Shown: positions 27,860 to 36,565 of the stretch, piece after piece
Numbering within the stretch: the stretch's first letter is position 1
Layout: every line of letters begins with the position of its first letter
From: Gemmatimonadota bacterium
GTDB taxonomy: Bacteria > Gemmatimonadota > Gemmatimonadetes > Gemmatimonadales > GWC2-71-9
DNA length: 47,217 bases
Assembly (NCBI GenBank): GCA_022562295.1
Contig: JADFPO010000014.1
Span: 1 to 47,217, forward strand
Direction: 5' to 3'
Made by a program: the position numbers and the translations under genes
Notes under the pieces: model-generated
What the model was told of the DNA's origin: nothing
Seen by the model: only the letters and a program-made list of their open reading frames with translations
The model's database searches: none

Positions 27860-28012
27860 CTCCACCACTCCACTCCACTCCACACCCGGCGGGCCCCTAC
27901 CACACCGCCACACCGCCCGGCGGGCCCCCGCCGCTCTTCTACCCATCCCGGCGGGCAGCCAGTACCGCCCACCTGCCCATCTGCCCACCTGCCCGCCCGC
28001 CCGCCTGCCCGC
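27860..28012. repeat. convergent intergenic region built almost entirely of short-period repeats (pentamers, a motif spaced at 31 nt, octamers)
   Basis: CCACT x3-4 at 27866-27885. cccggcgggc at 27885, 27916 and 27947 (spacing exactly 31). Six phased octamers CYGCCCRY at 27965-28012 abut the stop at 28013-28015. Confidence 0.85.
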
Positions 28013-29863
28013 CTACCGCCCTACCGTCACGCTGGTAAAGGCCGGATCCAACTCCGAAAACCCGATGTCATCGACCACGACCGTCCCGGATGCTACGCGG
28101 TCGAACACGAAGCGGATGGTGGTGAGTCGCGAGAGATCGAGCCGTGGGGTGACGAGGAGGAAGTCGCCGAGCGGTAGCGAATAGGTCTGCAACATCAGGT
28201 CGTAATTCTCGGGGAAGCGCTCCTGATCTCCTCTTCGCATGATTCTGATTCCGAGCGGCCGTCGCACGACGCCGTACCGGCTGATCGCGAGTTGCGCTCG
28301 GGCGCCGGCCGCGTCGGCAAGTTCGATCGTCAGATCGATTGGCTGCTGGTCGTCTCGACTCCCGCGCGTCGGCCCCGTGGGCGCGAGGAGAAAATCCAGC
28401 GATGTACTGGACGAGAGGTTCATCTCGTCGCCGAGGGAACCGGGCAGCGTCACGGCGTAGGAACCCGGAGTATTTTCCCCCTCCCTCTCCTCCTCCCCCT
28501 CCGAGCGATCGTCCCAACCCAACCAGACCGCTTGATTCTCCTGCGATTTCGAGGTCGTGGAGCGGTTGCGAGACCGTAGCAAGAGACGTCCCTCCCGCCA
28601 CGTTGTCAGGTGATCTCCCCGCAACGTCACACCCTGCTTGGTGCCGGACGTGACGTCGATGTCCTCTTCGAAGGTGGCGAGCGCCCGGAACGTGCTGGTT
28701 TGAAAGCGGGTGATATACATCGTCTTCGGGAGCCACCCACCGATGACCCGATGGTCCCGAAAGATCGGGAGATAGCGCTTGTCGCCCTTGAGCGTCGCCT
28801 CCAAAAATGCGGGTATATAGATCTTGGCGAACTGCCGTTGATCTTCGGCATCCATCAACGCCCCGAGGTTCAGAATCCGGCCGCTCCGTCCGCCGGTATC
28901 GCCACTTCCCCACACGGTGTTCCACTGACCGTGGTTGGCCCGATACACATATATCGCCGTCTTGAATCTCGGGACGCCGTCGGTAAATCGGATTCTGTGG
29001 TACAGCCGTAGTCCGTGAAAGCTGGTGACGTCGCCGTCGTGAGAACCGTGGAACACCATGTAGTTGACGTTCTGTACCGGCACGTGCCTGCCGGTCGGCA
29101 GGTACTGTCCGTCCACCGGCGCAATGGCAATCACCGACTGGATCCCGAAATTGAAATCGAACTCCAGGGTGGCGTCGTCGGGGTAATGGCTAAGGCGGTT
29201 GAACGCCGCGGCATGCCCCACGGCCTCGCCACCGCGCGAGTGTCCGATGACAGCGATCTTGTCCATATCTACCTTGCGGTAGAACGGGTTCCCTTGGCTT
29301 CCGGTGAACTCCCTCCATGCCTCGAGGTGCTTGAGGAACAACCACCCGCGCGCGTCGTTCTCCTCACGGATGCCCCCATTCACGAAATTCATGTCCACCG
29401 ACGTCATGATGAATCCGCGGCTCGCGAGCAGCTTTCCGAGATAGCCGTATCCAGGATCCGAGAACTCTCTCATGTTGTGGTTTCCGTGCGCGATCAACAC
29501 GAGCGGAAACGGGCCGGGACCTTCCGGATACCACACGCGCCCATTGAGAGGGAACGCGCTCGGATCGAAGCCCCAGTACCCGTTTCGTTCCTTCGCCTGT
29601 CGTCCGAGGTCGACGAGCTTCCTCGCATCGACCGGATCGGTCCGGATCGTTATGGAATCTCGGTACTCGGGCCGGCGCCGGTCGGTCCCACTGCCGTAGT
29701 ACAACGTGCGCACTTCGTATTGGCCGGGCTCCGCTGGATTCGGTGCATCGAGCAGCTGTTGCGCCAAGACTACATCGGCATCGTTCGGGGCAAGACGCAG
29801 CGAACTGCTGCAACCCATGGGAACGATTGCCAACAAAGTCAGTTTGAACAGTCTCTTTCGCAT
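28013..29863 (-). CDS. alpha/beta-hydrolase-fold lipoprotein with a C-terminal domain of unknown function
   Basis: ATG 29863 gives MRKRLFKLTLLAIVPMGCSS (lipobox-like). LVLIAHGNHN and the nucleophile elbow VIGHSRGGEA. The C-terminal ~250 aa are unassigned. Confidence 0.65.
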   Translation of the reverse strand: MRKRLFKLTLLAIVPMGCSSSLRLAPNDADVVLAQQLLDAPNPAEPGQYEVRTLYYGSGTDRRRPEYRDSITIRTDPVDARKLVDLGRQAKERNGYWGFDPSAFPLNGRVWYPEGPGPFPLVLIAHGNHNMREFSDPGYGYLGKLLASRGFIMTSVDMNFVNGGIREENDARGWLFLKHLEAWREFTGSQGNPFYRKVDMDKIAVIGHSRGGEAVGHAAAFNRLSHYPDDATLEFDFNFGIQSVIAIAPVDGQYLPTGRHVPVQNVNYMVFHGSHDGDVTSFHGLRLYHRIRFTDGVPRFKTAIYVYRANHGQWNTVWGSGDTGGRSGRILNLGALMDAEDQRQFAKIYIPAFLEATLKGDKRYLPIFRDHRVIGGWLPKTMYITRFQTSTFRALATFEEDIDVTSGTKQGVTLRGDHLTTWREGRLLLRSRNRSTTSKSQENQAVWLGWDDRSEGEEEREGENTPGSYAVTLPGSLGDEMNLSSSTSLDFLLAPTGPTRGSRDDQQPIDLTIELADAAGARAQLAISRYGVVRRPLGIRIMRRGDQERFPENYDLMLQTYSLPLGDFLLVTPRLDLSRLTTIRFVFDRVASGTVVVDDIGFSELDPAFTSVTVGR

Positions 29864-30148
29864 GGCCTCAAACGCCGCCGCGGTTAGGTCGGCTCTTCCG
29901 GTGTCCACGAAACCGTTGCGTCGGTTTACCCCGTCACCCCCGCGCCACACCGTGTCGCGGTCCCCGTCATCGTCCGCGAGACCTCACCGGCTAACGGTCG
30001 AACGGGTTAATTCAAAGTCCCGGGCGCGGAAAAAACAACCTCATCGAGCCGGCCGCCCGATGCGCTTCCCCTTCTCGGCCGAACACCGTATTCTAGCCGA
30101 GCCCTGATCGCCGTCATCCTTACGGGGACTACATCGCGAGCGACAACA

Positions 30149-30862
30149 ATGACCTATAGAACCGCACTGCGCGCACTGATTGTCGGACTCACCGGCAGCG
30201 TTCTCACGCACACGCCAGCCCTAGCCCGGCAGGAAATGAATCGGTTGACCGCATCCGAGCGCGCCGACGGATGGGAGCTCTTGTTCGATGGTGACACCAC
30301 TGACGAATGGCGAGGCTTCCGCCAGGATTCGATGCCCGACGGATGGAAGGTCGTCGATGGCGCCCTTACGAGGGTCGCGCCGGCCGGCGATATCATCACC
30401 AAAAAGCAGTTCAAGAACTTCGAGCTGCAACTCGAGTGGAAGATCGCCGAGGCCGGTAATAGCGGCATCATGTTTCGGGTCACCGAAGACCAGCGGCGCG
30501 CCTGGCTCAGCGGACCCGAGATGCAGGTATTGGACGACGCCAGGCATAGGGACGGCCAAGTTCCGGAGACGTCGGCCGGGTCCAACTACGGGTTGCACGC
30601 GCCGAAACCCGGAGCGGTGCGCGCTGCCGGTTCCTGGAACTCCGTGCGGCTGCTCGTCCGCGAAAGCCACGTTGAACACTGGCTCAATGGAGTCAAGGTC
30701 GTCGAATACGAGTTGGAGAGCCCCGAATGGGAGCGTTTGGTGTCGCAAACCAAGTTCGACACCATCCCTTCGTATGGGCGCCAGCGGACCGGCCACATCG
30801 CACTGCAGGATCACGGCGACCGAGTGGCCTATCGGAACATCAAGATCAAGCGTCTGCCATGA
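30149..30862 (+). CDS. DUF1080 (3-keto-disaccharide hydrolase family) secreted protein
   Basis: Signal peptide. [40 protein letters not shown] and [21 protein letters not shown] are the typical DUF1080 pattern. Confidence 0.8.
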   Translation: MTYRTALRALIVGLTGSVLTHTPALARQEMNRLTASERADGWELLFDGDTTDEWRGFRQDSMPDGWKVVDGALTRVAPAGDIITKKQFKNFELQLEWKIAEAGNSGIMFRVTEDQRRAWLSGPEMQVLDDARHRDGQVPETSAGSNYGLHAPKPGAVRAAGSWNSVRLLVRESHVEHWLNGVKVVEYELESPEWERLVSQTKFDTIPSYGRQRTGHIALQDHGDRVAYRNIKIKRLP

Positions 30863-32055
30863 GCAGCATCCGGGTGAGACTGTCCACCATGATGTTCTTG
30901 CAGTATTTCATTTGGGGAGCATGGTGGGTGACACTCGGGACTTACTTGGGACAAACCCTTCAGTTCGACGGCCGGCAGATCGGGTTTGCTTACGGAACCA
31001 TGGCCATCGCCGCCATGATTTCTCCGTTCTTCGTCGGGATGATCGCAGACCGATTCTTCTCCACAGAGCGGATCCTCGCGGCGCTGCACATCGTGGGAGG
31101 CGTGATCCTGTACGCAGGATCCACGCGGCTGTCGTTCGGTCAGCTCTATCCCGTCATCATCTTGTACGCTCTGCTGTACATGCCGACGTTGGCGCTCACG
31201 AACTCGATTTCTTTCCACCATTTAGAAGATGGTGCCCGAGAATTCCCACGGGTTCGGGTATGGGGAACCATCGGGTGGATCGTCGCCGGAATCCTCGTCG
31301 GGCGCCTGGGTTTGGAAGCGAGGGTGATCCCCATGCAGATCGCCGCGGGAGCCTCGATCGTAACTGGCCTGTACTGCCTTATTCTCCCTCACACACCTCC
31401 CAAAGCCGCCGGTGGACCAGTCAAGGCACGTGACGTTCTGGGCCTCGACGCGCTTTCCCTCATGAAAGACCGCTCCTTCGCGATCTTCGTCATCGGGTCG
31501 CTCTTGCTGTCGATTCCACTTCAGTTCTACTATACCTTCACCAACCTCTTCTTGAACGAACTCGGCATGGCAGAGCCGGCCACGAAGATGACCGTGGGTC
31601 AAATGTCGGAGATCGTCTTCATGGTGTTGATGCCCTGGTTTCTACTCCGACTCGGCGTGAAGAAGATGCTGCTCGTGGGGATGCTGGCGTGGACGCTGCG
31701 GTACGTCCTGTTCGCGTTCGGGAACGTCGGCAGCATGGTATGGATGCTCTACCTCGGTATTCTGCTACATGGGATATGCTACGATTTCTTCTTCGTAACC
31801 GGGCAGATTTACGTAGACCAAAAGGCACACGAAAAGATCCGTGCGGCGGCACAGGGGTTTATCGCGTTCGTCACGCTAGGTGTGGGGTTGTTTATCGGGG
31901 CGTTGGTTTCGGGAGCCGTGGTGGAGGCGTACACTATCACGGGCGGCACCGTGCCGCATGACTGGCGCACGATTTGGTTGATCCCCGCGATTGGCGCTGC
32001 AGGGATACTGGCACTCTTTGCGGTGATGTTCCGACCAGAACACAGTGAGTCGTGA
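30859..32055 (+). CDS. MFS transporter, nucleoside:H+ symporter (NHS) family
   Basis: ATG 30859 overlaps the upstream stop (ATGA). [20 protein letters not shown] is the NHS-type N-terminus. 12 TM-like segments. The last codons H-S-E-S-stop lie in GTGAGT heptads. Confidence 0.75.
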   Translation: MSSIRVRLSTMMFLQYFIWGAWWVTLGTYLGQTLQFDGRQIGFAYGTMAIAAMISPFFVGMIADRFFSTERILAALHIVGGVILYAGSTRLSFGQLYPVIILYALLYMPTLALTNSISFHHLEDGAREFPRVRVWGTIGWIVAGILVGRLGLEARVIPMQIAAGASIVTGLYCLILPHTPPKAAGGPVKARDVLGLDALSLMKDRSFAIFVIGSLLLSIPLQFYYTFTNLFLNELGMAEPATKMTVGQMSEIVFMVLMPWFLLRLGVKKMLLVGMLAWTLRYVLFAFGNVGSMVWMLYLGILLHGICYDFFFVTGQIYVDQKAHEKIRAAAQGFIAFVTLGVGLFIGALVSGAVVEAYTITGGTVPHDWRTIWLIPAIGAAGILALFAVMFRPEHSES

Positions 32056-32114
32056 GTGGTGAGTCGGGTGAGTAGCACAGCCATCGGCCAGTGGCTAAGA
32101 GCTGATAGCTGAAA
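32045..32114 (+). repeat. heptad tracts GTGAGTN x4 (32045-32074) and GCTAAGA GCTGATA GCTGAAA (32094-32114)
   Basis: Read directly. The transporter stop TGA 32053-32055 lies inside the second heptad. Confidence 0.9.
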
Positions 32115-32137
32115 AACCAACTAACGAGGAGCACAAC

Positions 32138-33475
32138 ATGTCCTCACAGCAAATCTCGAGACGCGAATTCGTCAGCGACACGACGGCGGCCGGACTGACG
32201 TTCACGATCGTGCCACGACATGTCTTAGGCGGCCGTGGATACCGCGCGCCGAGCGATACGCTCAACATCGCGTGCATCGGCGTTGGGGGCAGAGGCAGCG
32301 CCGATGTGCGCGGCGTGAGCGACGAGAATATCTATGCACTGTGCGATGTCGATTGGAAGAGCGCGAGGAATACGTTCAACCGATTCCCCAAGGCTAAGCG
32401 TTTCAAGGATTTCCGCAAAATGCTCGAGCAGGAAGCGGCCAACATCGATGCCGTGGTCGTGGCCACACCCGATCACACGCATACCGTGGCCGCGGTCATG
32501 GCGATGGAGTTGGGCAAGCCCGTCTACTGTGAGAAGCCGCTGGCACGCACGATTTGGGAAGTGCGCCAGATGGCCGAAGTCGCCCGCACCTCGGGAGTAG
32601 CCACACAGATGGGTAACCAAGGCCACGCGCAAGACGGGACAAGACGAATCCGCGAGTGGATCGAGGCGGGTGCGATCGGCACCGTGCGTGAGGTGCAGTA
32701 CTGGACCAACCGACCCATCTGGCCGCAGGCGATCGAGCGCCCATTGGAACGGTATCACGTGCCTGCGCACCTCGACTGGGACTTGTGGCTCGGCCCCGCA
32801 CCGGAACGGCCCTACCATCCGGCGTACGCCCCGTTCAGGTGGCGTGGGTGGTGGGACTTTGGCACCGGCGCTCTCGGCGACATCGCGTGTCACTCGATGG
32901 ACGCGGCGTACTGGACGCTGGATCTGGGTTACCCGACGCGCATCGAGGCCGAATCCACCACGTTGTACGAAGAAACGGCTCCCGCGGCGTCGCGCATCGT
33001 GTACGACTTTCCCGCACGCGGCAACCGTCAGGCGGTCAAGGTCGTATGGCGTGACGGCAACATTTCGCCCCCGCGGCCCGACGAGGTGGGGGACGAACAA
33101 CCCTGGCCGTTGGAGAGCAGCGGACAGATCTGGGTGGGGGACGATGGCAAGCTCTTTGCCGGCATCTACGGCGAGAACCCGCGCCTTCTCGACGCCGAAC
33201 GGCACGCCGACCTCATGGCCAATCCGCCGGCCGAGAAGTTTGCGCGGCTGAACGGCCCGCACAAGGAATGGATCGACACATGCAAGGGCGGACCGGTCGC
33301 GGGATCGAATTTCGTCGAGCACTCGGGCCCACTCACCGAGATGGTGCTGCTCGGAAACCTGGCAGTGCGCTCCGCGAGAATCCTCGAACTGGATCCCAAC
33401 ACTGGCATGGTCACGAACACGAACATCCCCGATGAGTACACCAAGCCAACGTATCGAGACGGGTGGAGTCTGTAG
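32138..33475 (+). CDS. Gfo/Idh/MocA-family oxidoreductase with a Tat signal
   Basis: SRREFVSDTTAAGLTF twin-arginine leader, IACIGVGGRGSADV Rossmann motif, EKPLA motif. GAGGAG RBS upstream. Confidence 0.85.
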   Translation: MSSQQISRREFVSDTTAAGLTFTIVPRHVLGGRGYRAPSDTLNIACIGVGGRGSADVRGVSDENIYALCDVDWKSARNTFNRFPKAKRFKDFRKMLEQEAANIDAVVVATPDHTHTVAAVMAMELGKPVYCEKPLARTIWEVRQMAEVARTSGVATQMGNQGHAQDGTRRIREWIEAGAIGTVREVQYWTNRPIWPQAIERPLERYHVPAHLDWDLWLGPAPERPYHPAYAPFRWRGWWDFGTGALGDIACHSMDAAYWTLDLGYPTRIEAESTTLYEETAPAASRIVYDFPARGNRQAVKVVWRDGNISPPRPDEVGDEQPWPLESSGQIWVGDDGKLFAGIYGENPRLLDAERHADLMANPPAEKFARLNGPHKEWIDTCKGGPVAGSNFVEHSGPLTEMVLLGNLAVRSARILELDPNTGMVTNTNIPDEYTKPTYRDGWSL

Positions 33476-33672
33476 CCAGCTGATGTCGTCTGTAGTCGCG
33501 AGCTGCGCGCAGCCACCTAACTACGCAAGGCTCACAGCCCATGGATGAGACAATCCACTGGCCACCCTCCTGCCAGCGAGCAGAACCAATCCTTGAAGAA
33601 GATCGTCGTTGTCATGGCCCCCAGCTGACTCAAGTCCGAAGGAACCCAGGCCGATATTCCATCATGAAACCT

Positions 33673-33712
33673 GCGGGTAAACCCGCGGCTCGACCATCTG
33701 TCCGTAAGTGAC
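33673..33712 (+). repeat. degenerate forward copy of the two-hairpin repeat family (variant first hairpin GCGGG-taaa-CCCGC)
   Basis: gcgggtaaacccgcggctcgaccatctgtccgtaagtgac shares the CGGCTCG..ATCTGTC core with 41639-41684. Confidence 0.6.
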
Positions 33713-33723
33713 GTCTCGACAAC

Positions 33724-33769
33724 GTCGCTTCAGCGACAGAACAGCCGAGCCGCGACTATCAGTCGCGAG
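33724..33769 (-). repeat. full 46-nt two-hairpin repeat (reverse orientation), ending 9 nt before the gdh ATG
   Basis: gtcgcttcagcgacagaacagccgagccgcgactatcagtcgcgag. Palindromes GTCGCT-tc-AGCGAC (33724-33737) and CGCGACT-atc-AGTCGCG (33751-33767). Its reverse complement matches 41639-41684 with about 4 differences. Confidence 0.85.
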
Positions 33770-33778
33770 CGATCACCA

Positions 33779-35194
33779 ATGACCGAGCAGTTCGACTTCA
33801 GAGCACAGGTAAACCGTAGTTTCGACCGAGCGGCCGCGTTCACACGGCATCATCCCACGTTGCTGGCGCAGGTCCGCGAGTGCAACAGCGTCTACTACAT
33901 GAGCTTTCCCATCAAGCGGGACGACGGCACCATCGAGGTGATCGAGGCGTGGCGAGCGGAGCACAGCCACCACCGGCTACCCACGAAGGGAGGCATCCGG
34001 TTCAGCATGACCGTGAACCGTGACGAGGTCGCGGCGCTCGCCGCACTGATGACGTTCAAGTGTGCGTTAGTAGACGTCCCGTTCGGAGGGGCCAAGGGTG
34101 GCGTCAGGATCGCGCGCCACAAGTACTCGGAGGGCGAGCTCGAGCGCATCACGCGTCGCTACACCTTCGAGCTCAAGAGGAAAAATTTCATCGGTCCCGG
34201 ATGCGACGTCCCGGCGCCGGATTACGGCACCGGTCCGAGGGAAATGTCCTGGATCGTCGACACCTACCTGTCGCTCTCGGGTGGCGAGCTGAATGCGCTT
34301 GCTTGCGTTACGGGTAAGCCCGTCACACAGGGCGGAATTCGCGGTCGACTCGAGGCCACCGGCCGCGGCGTGTGCTATGGAATTCGCGAGTGCTGCAGCA
34401 TCGCGGAGGACATGAAGCGGCTGAAATTGAGCACGGGCGTCGAGGGCAAGCGATTGGTGGTTCAGGGCCTCGGCAACGTGGGGTATCACGCCGCCAAGTT
34501 TCTCGAGGAAGAAGGGGCGGTGTTGGTCGGCATCGCGGAATACGAGGGTGCCGTCTCTGCTCCGAACGGGCTGAAGCTGGAGGAGCTGGTCGCTCACAGA
34601 AAGGAAACCGGAACAATTCTCGACTTTCCCGGAGCGACCAACCTACCCAATTCCTCCGACGCGTTGGAGCTCGACTGCGACATTCTCATACCGGCCGCGC
34701 TAGAAAATCAGATTACCACGAAGAACGCATCGGCCATCAAGGCCAAGATCGTGGGCGAAGCCGCCAATGGCCCCACGACGGAAGATGCCGATGCGATTCT
34801 TCGCCAGCGCGGTGTGCTCATCCTCCCCGACATCTATCTCAACGCCGGCGGCGTCACGGTATCGTACTTCGAGTGGCTCAAGAATCTCTCGCACGTGCGG
34901 TTCGGCCGGCTGCAGAAGCGTTATGAAGAACGGGCGCACAAAGGGCTGTTGGACGCGCTGGCCAAGCTTCATGGGGATCAGCCTTCCGACCATGAAACGC
35001 CAGAGTTCGCCCGTGGCGCCGACGAGATCGACCTCGTCAATTCCGGGCTCGAAGAGACGATGGCCGTCGCCTATAGGGAAATCGTGGACCGGAAAACGCG
35101 GTTGGGAAACGACATCGACATGCGCACTGCCGCCATGGTCAACGCAATCGATAAGGTGGCGGTGACATACGAAGAGCTGGGGATTTTTCCGTAG
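33779..35194 (+). CDS. Glu/Leu/Phe/Val-family amino-acid dehydrogenase (glutamate dehydrogenase-like)
   Basis: KGGIRF, ALMTFKCALVDVPFGGAKGGV, VQGLGNVGYHAA, 471 aa. Confidence 0.85.
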   Translation: MTEQFDFRAQVNRSFDRAAAFTRHHPTLLAQVRECNSVYYMSFPIKRDDGTIEVIEAWRAEHSHHRLPTKGGIRFSMTVNRDEVAALAALMTFKCALVDVPFGGAKGGVRIARHKYSEGELERITRRYTFELKRKNFIGPGCDVPAPDYGTGPREMSWIVDTYLSLSGGELNALACVTGKPVTQGGIRGRLEATGRGVCYGIRECCSIAEDMKRLKLSTGVEGKRLVVQGLGNVGYHAAKFLEEEGAVLVGIAEYEGAVSAPNGLKLEELVAHRKETGTILDFPGATNLPNSSDALELDCDILIPAALENQITTKNASAIKAKIVGEAANGPTTEDADAILRQRGVLILPDIYLNAGGVTVSYFEWLKNLSHVRFGRLQKRYEERAHKGLLDALAKLHGDQPSDHETPEFARGADEIDLVNSGLEETMAVAYREIVDRKTRLGNDIDMRTAAMVNAIDKVAVTYEELGIFP

Positions 35195-35200
35195 CCGCAG

Positions 35201-35221
35201 AGTGGAAATTGGAGAGTGGAT
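35201..35221 (+). repeat. heptads AGTGGAA ATTGGAG AGTGGAT after the gdh stop
   Basis: Read directly. gdh TAG at 35192-35194. Inverted relative to 36529-36549. Confidence 0.8.
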
Positions 35222-35274
35222 TTATCCTGTAGTTGGTGCTCCCTGGTCTTCCCCCGGCTTGATGGACACGCAGT

Positions 35275-36153
35275 TTACGCAGCCCGCCGCGTTTGTGCGA
35301 GCTGAGCGGCGTACTCCACCGGTGTCCGATACCCGAGACTCGAATGCCGACGTTGCCGATTGTACCAGACCTCGATGTATTCAAACAGGTCGCGCGACGC
35401 TTCCCGGCGCGTTTGCCAGTCCGCCTCGGCGACCAATTCCCATTTCAGCGTGGCCATGAAACTCTCCACGACGGCGTTATCCCAACAGTTGCCCCGCCGA
35501 CTCATGCTGACCGCAATGCCCTGCGCCGCCAGGCGGTCGCGGTAGGTGCGACACGCGTACTGCACGCCCCGATCCGAATGGTGCAGCCCGCCCCCGCCAC
35601 CCTCGCGCTCCAGCGCCATGTCGAGCGCCGCCAGCGTGATGTCGTGCTGTAACGACGACCGCACCGCCCAGCCCACCACCTGCCGGTTGCCAACATCTAG
35701 AATCACCGCCAGATACAGCCACCCCTCCCGCGTGGGGAGGTACGTCAGATCCGCGGCCCATACCCGCTCGGCGCCCTGCCGGCCCACGGCAAACTGGCGA
35801 GCCAAGATATTGGGAGCCGGCGCATAGGCGTGGTCCGACTCCGTGGTCACCCGGAACCGGCGCCGTTTCTTGGCGCGCAGCCCGTCGGCCCGCATCAGCC
35901 GCTCCACCCGCTTCTTGCCACACCGCAGCCCCCGCGCCCGCAACTCGTGATATACCCGCGGGCTACCGTAGCGCCGCCGACTCTCCCGGTGAATCGTGCG
36001 AATCTCTACTCGAAGTCGCTGATCGTGTCGTGTCCGCGCGCTCGGGGCACGACGGTACGCCGCGTAGAACCCCGACCGACTCACCCCCAACACCCGACAC
36101 ATCATCGTCACCGGAAATCTGCCACGGTGCGACGCAATACACGCGTACTTCAC
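35275..36153 (-). CDS. IS3-family transposase OrfB (rve integrase core)
   Basis: WAADLTYLPT, HHSDRGVQY, GNCWDNAVVESF and YNRQRRHSSLGYRTP, typical of IS3 OrfB. In the -1 frame relative to orfA. Confidence 0.9.
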   Translation of the reverse strand: MKYACIASHRGRFPVTMMCRVLGVSRSGFYAAYRRAPSARTRHDQRLRVEIRTIHRESRRRYGSPRVYHELRARGLRCGKKRVERLMRADGLRAKKRRRFRVTTESDHAYAPAPNILARQFAVGRQGAERVWAADLTYLPTREGWLYLAVILDVGNRQVVGWAVRSSLQHDITLAALDMALEREGGGGGLHHSDRGVQYACRTYRDRLAAQGIAVSMSRRGNCWDNAVVESFMATLKWELVAEADWQTRREASRDLFEYIEVWYNRQRRHSSLGYRTPVEYAAQLAQTRRAA

Positions 36154-36449
36154 GGCGACTCCTGCGCGAAGAACACTGCCGCTTTTTTTAAGAAATCGCG
36201 CTCCTGCCTGACCCGTTCAAGCTCCCGACGCAGCTGCCGCGTCTCGTCCTCCGGCCCCGTCGCAGTGCCCTGGCCCGGAAACACCGTAGCCGGGGCCCGC
36301 TTCTCTACCTGCTGCTTCCACTTATGCAGCAAGCTCGGGGCAATCCCGAGATCACGCGCCACCTCCGCCAGCGAACGCTCCGACTCCACAGCCAGTTGGA
36401 CCGCCTCCAGCTTGAACTCCTTTGCATACTGCCGTCGCTGCTTGACCAT
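36150..36449 (-). CDS. IS3-family transposase OrfA (HTH)
   Basis: MVKQRRQYAKEFKLEAVQL...LGIAPSLLHKWKQQ. The start was moved to ATG 36449 because the track start 36515 lies outside the IS end. Confidence 0.85.
   Translation of the reverse strand: MVKQRRQYAKEFKLEAVQLAVESERSLAEVARDLGIAPSLLHKWKQQVEKRAPATVFPGQGTATGPEDETRQLRRELERVRQERDFLKKAAVFFAQESP
36183..36189 (-). other. A7 slippery heptamer (A AAA AAA G) for programmed -1 frameshifting orfA->orfB
   Basis: Minus strand reads ...ttc TTA AAA AAA GCG.... A hand translation after a -1 slip runs KKSGSVLRAGVAVKYACIAS straight into the OrfB frame. Confidence 0.75.
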
Positions 36450-36514
36450 GAACACCTCCCCACGGATTGTAGGACATCTCCTAACCATGTGTCCACCAAA
36501 CCGGGGGAGGCCCA

Positions 36515-36556
36515 CCCAATCTCAAATTCCCACTCGCCAATTTCCAATCTCCAATC
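36515..36556 (-). repeat. six phased heptads (minus sense AGATTGG type) after the M20 peptidase stop
   Basis: Plus strand reads cccaatc tcaaatt cccactc gccaatt tccaatc tccaatc. Peptidase TAG at 36566-36568. Confidence 0.85.
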
Positions 36557-36565
36557 TATTGGCCG

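Larger units (their letters stand above)
35244..36514 (-). mobile_element. IS3-family insertion sequence (1271 bp) with orfA/orfB and a -1 frameshift site
   Basis: Imperfect ~26-bp terminal IRs: tggtcttcccccggcttgatggacac at 35244-35269, and gtgtccaccaaaccgggggaggccca at 36489-36514 (reverse complement tgggcctcccccggtttggtggacac). TG...CA ends. CCC on both flanks (35241-35243 and 36515-36517). Confidence 0.85.

Noticed and set aside
27885-27956. Mini repeat-spacer array (cccggcgggc every 31 nt)
   Set aside because: The conserved core is only 10-12 nt and there are only three copies. It lies in a terminator-like convergent gap surrounded by other low-complexity repeats. It is better treated as part of the short-period repeat phenomenon.
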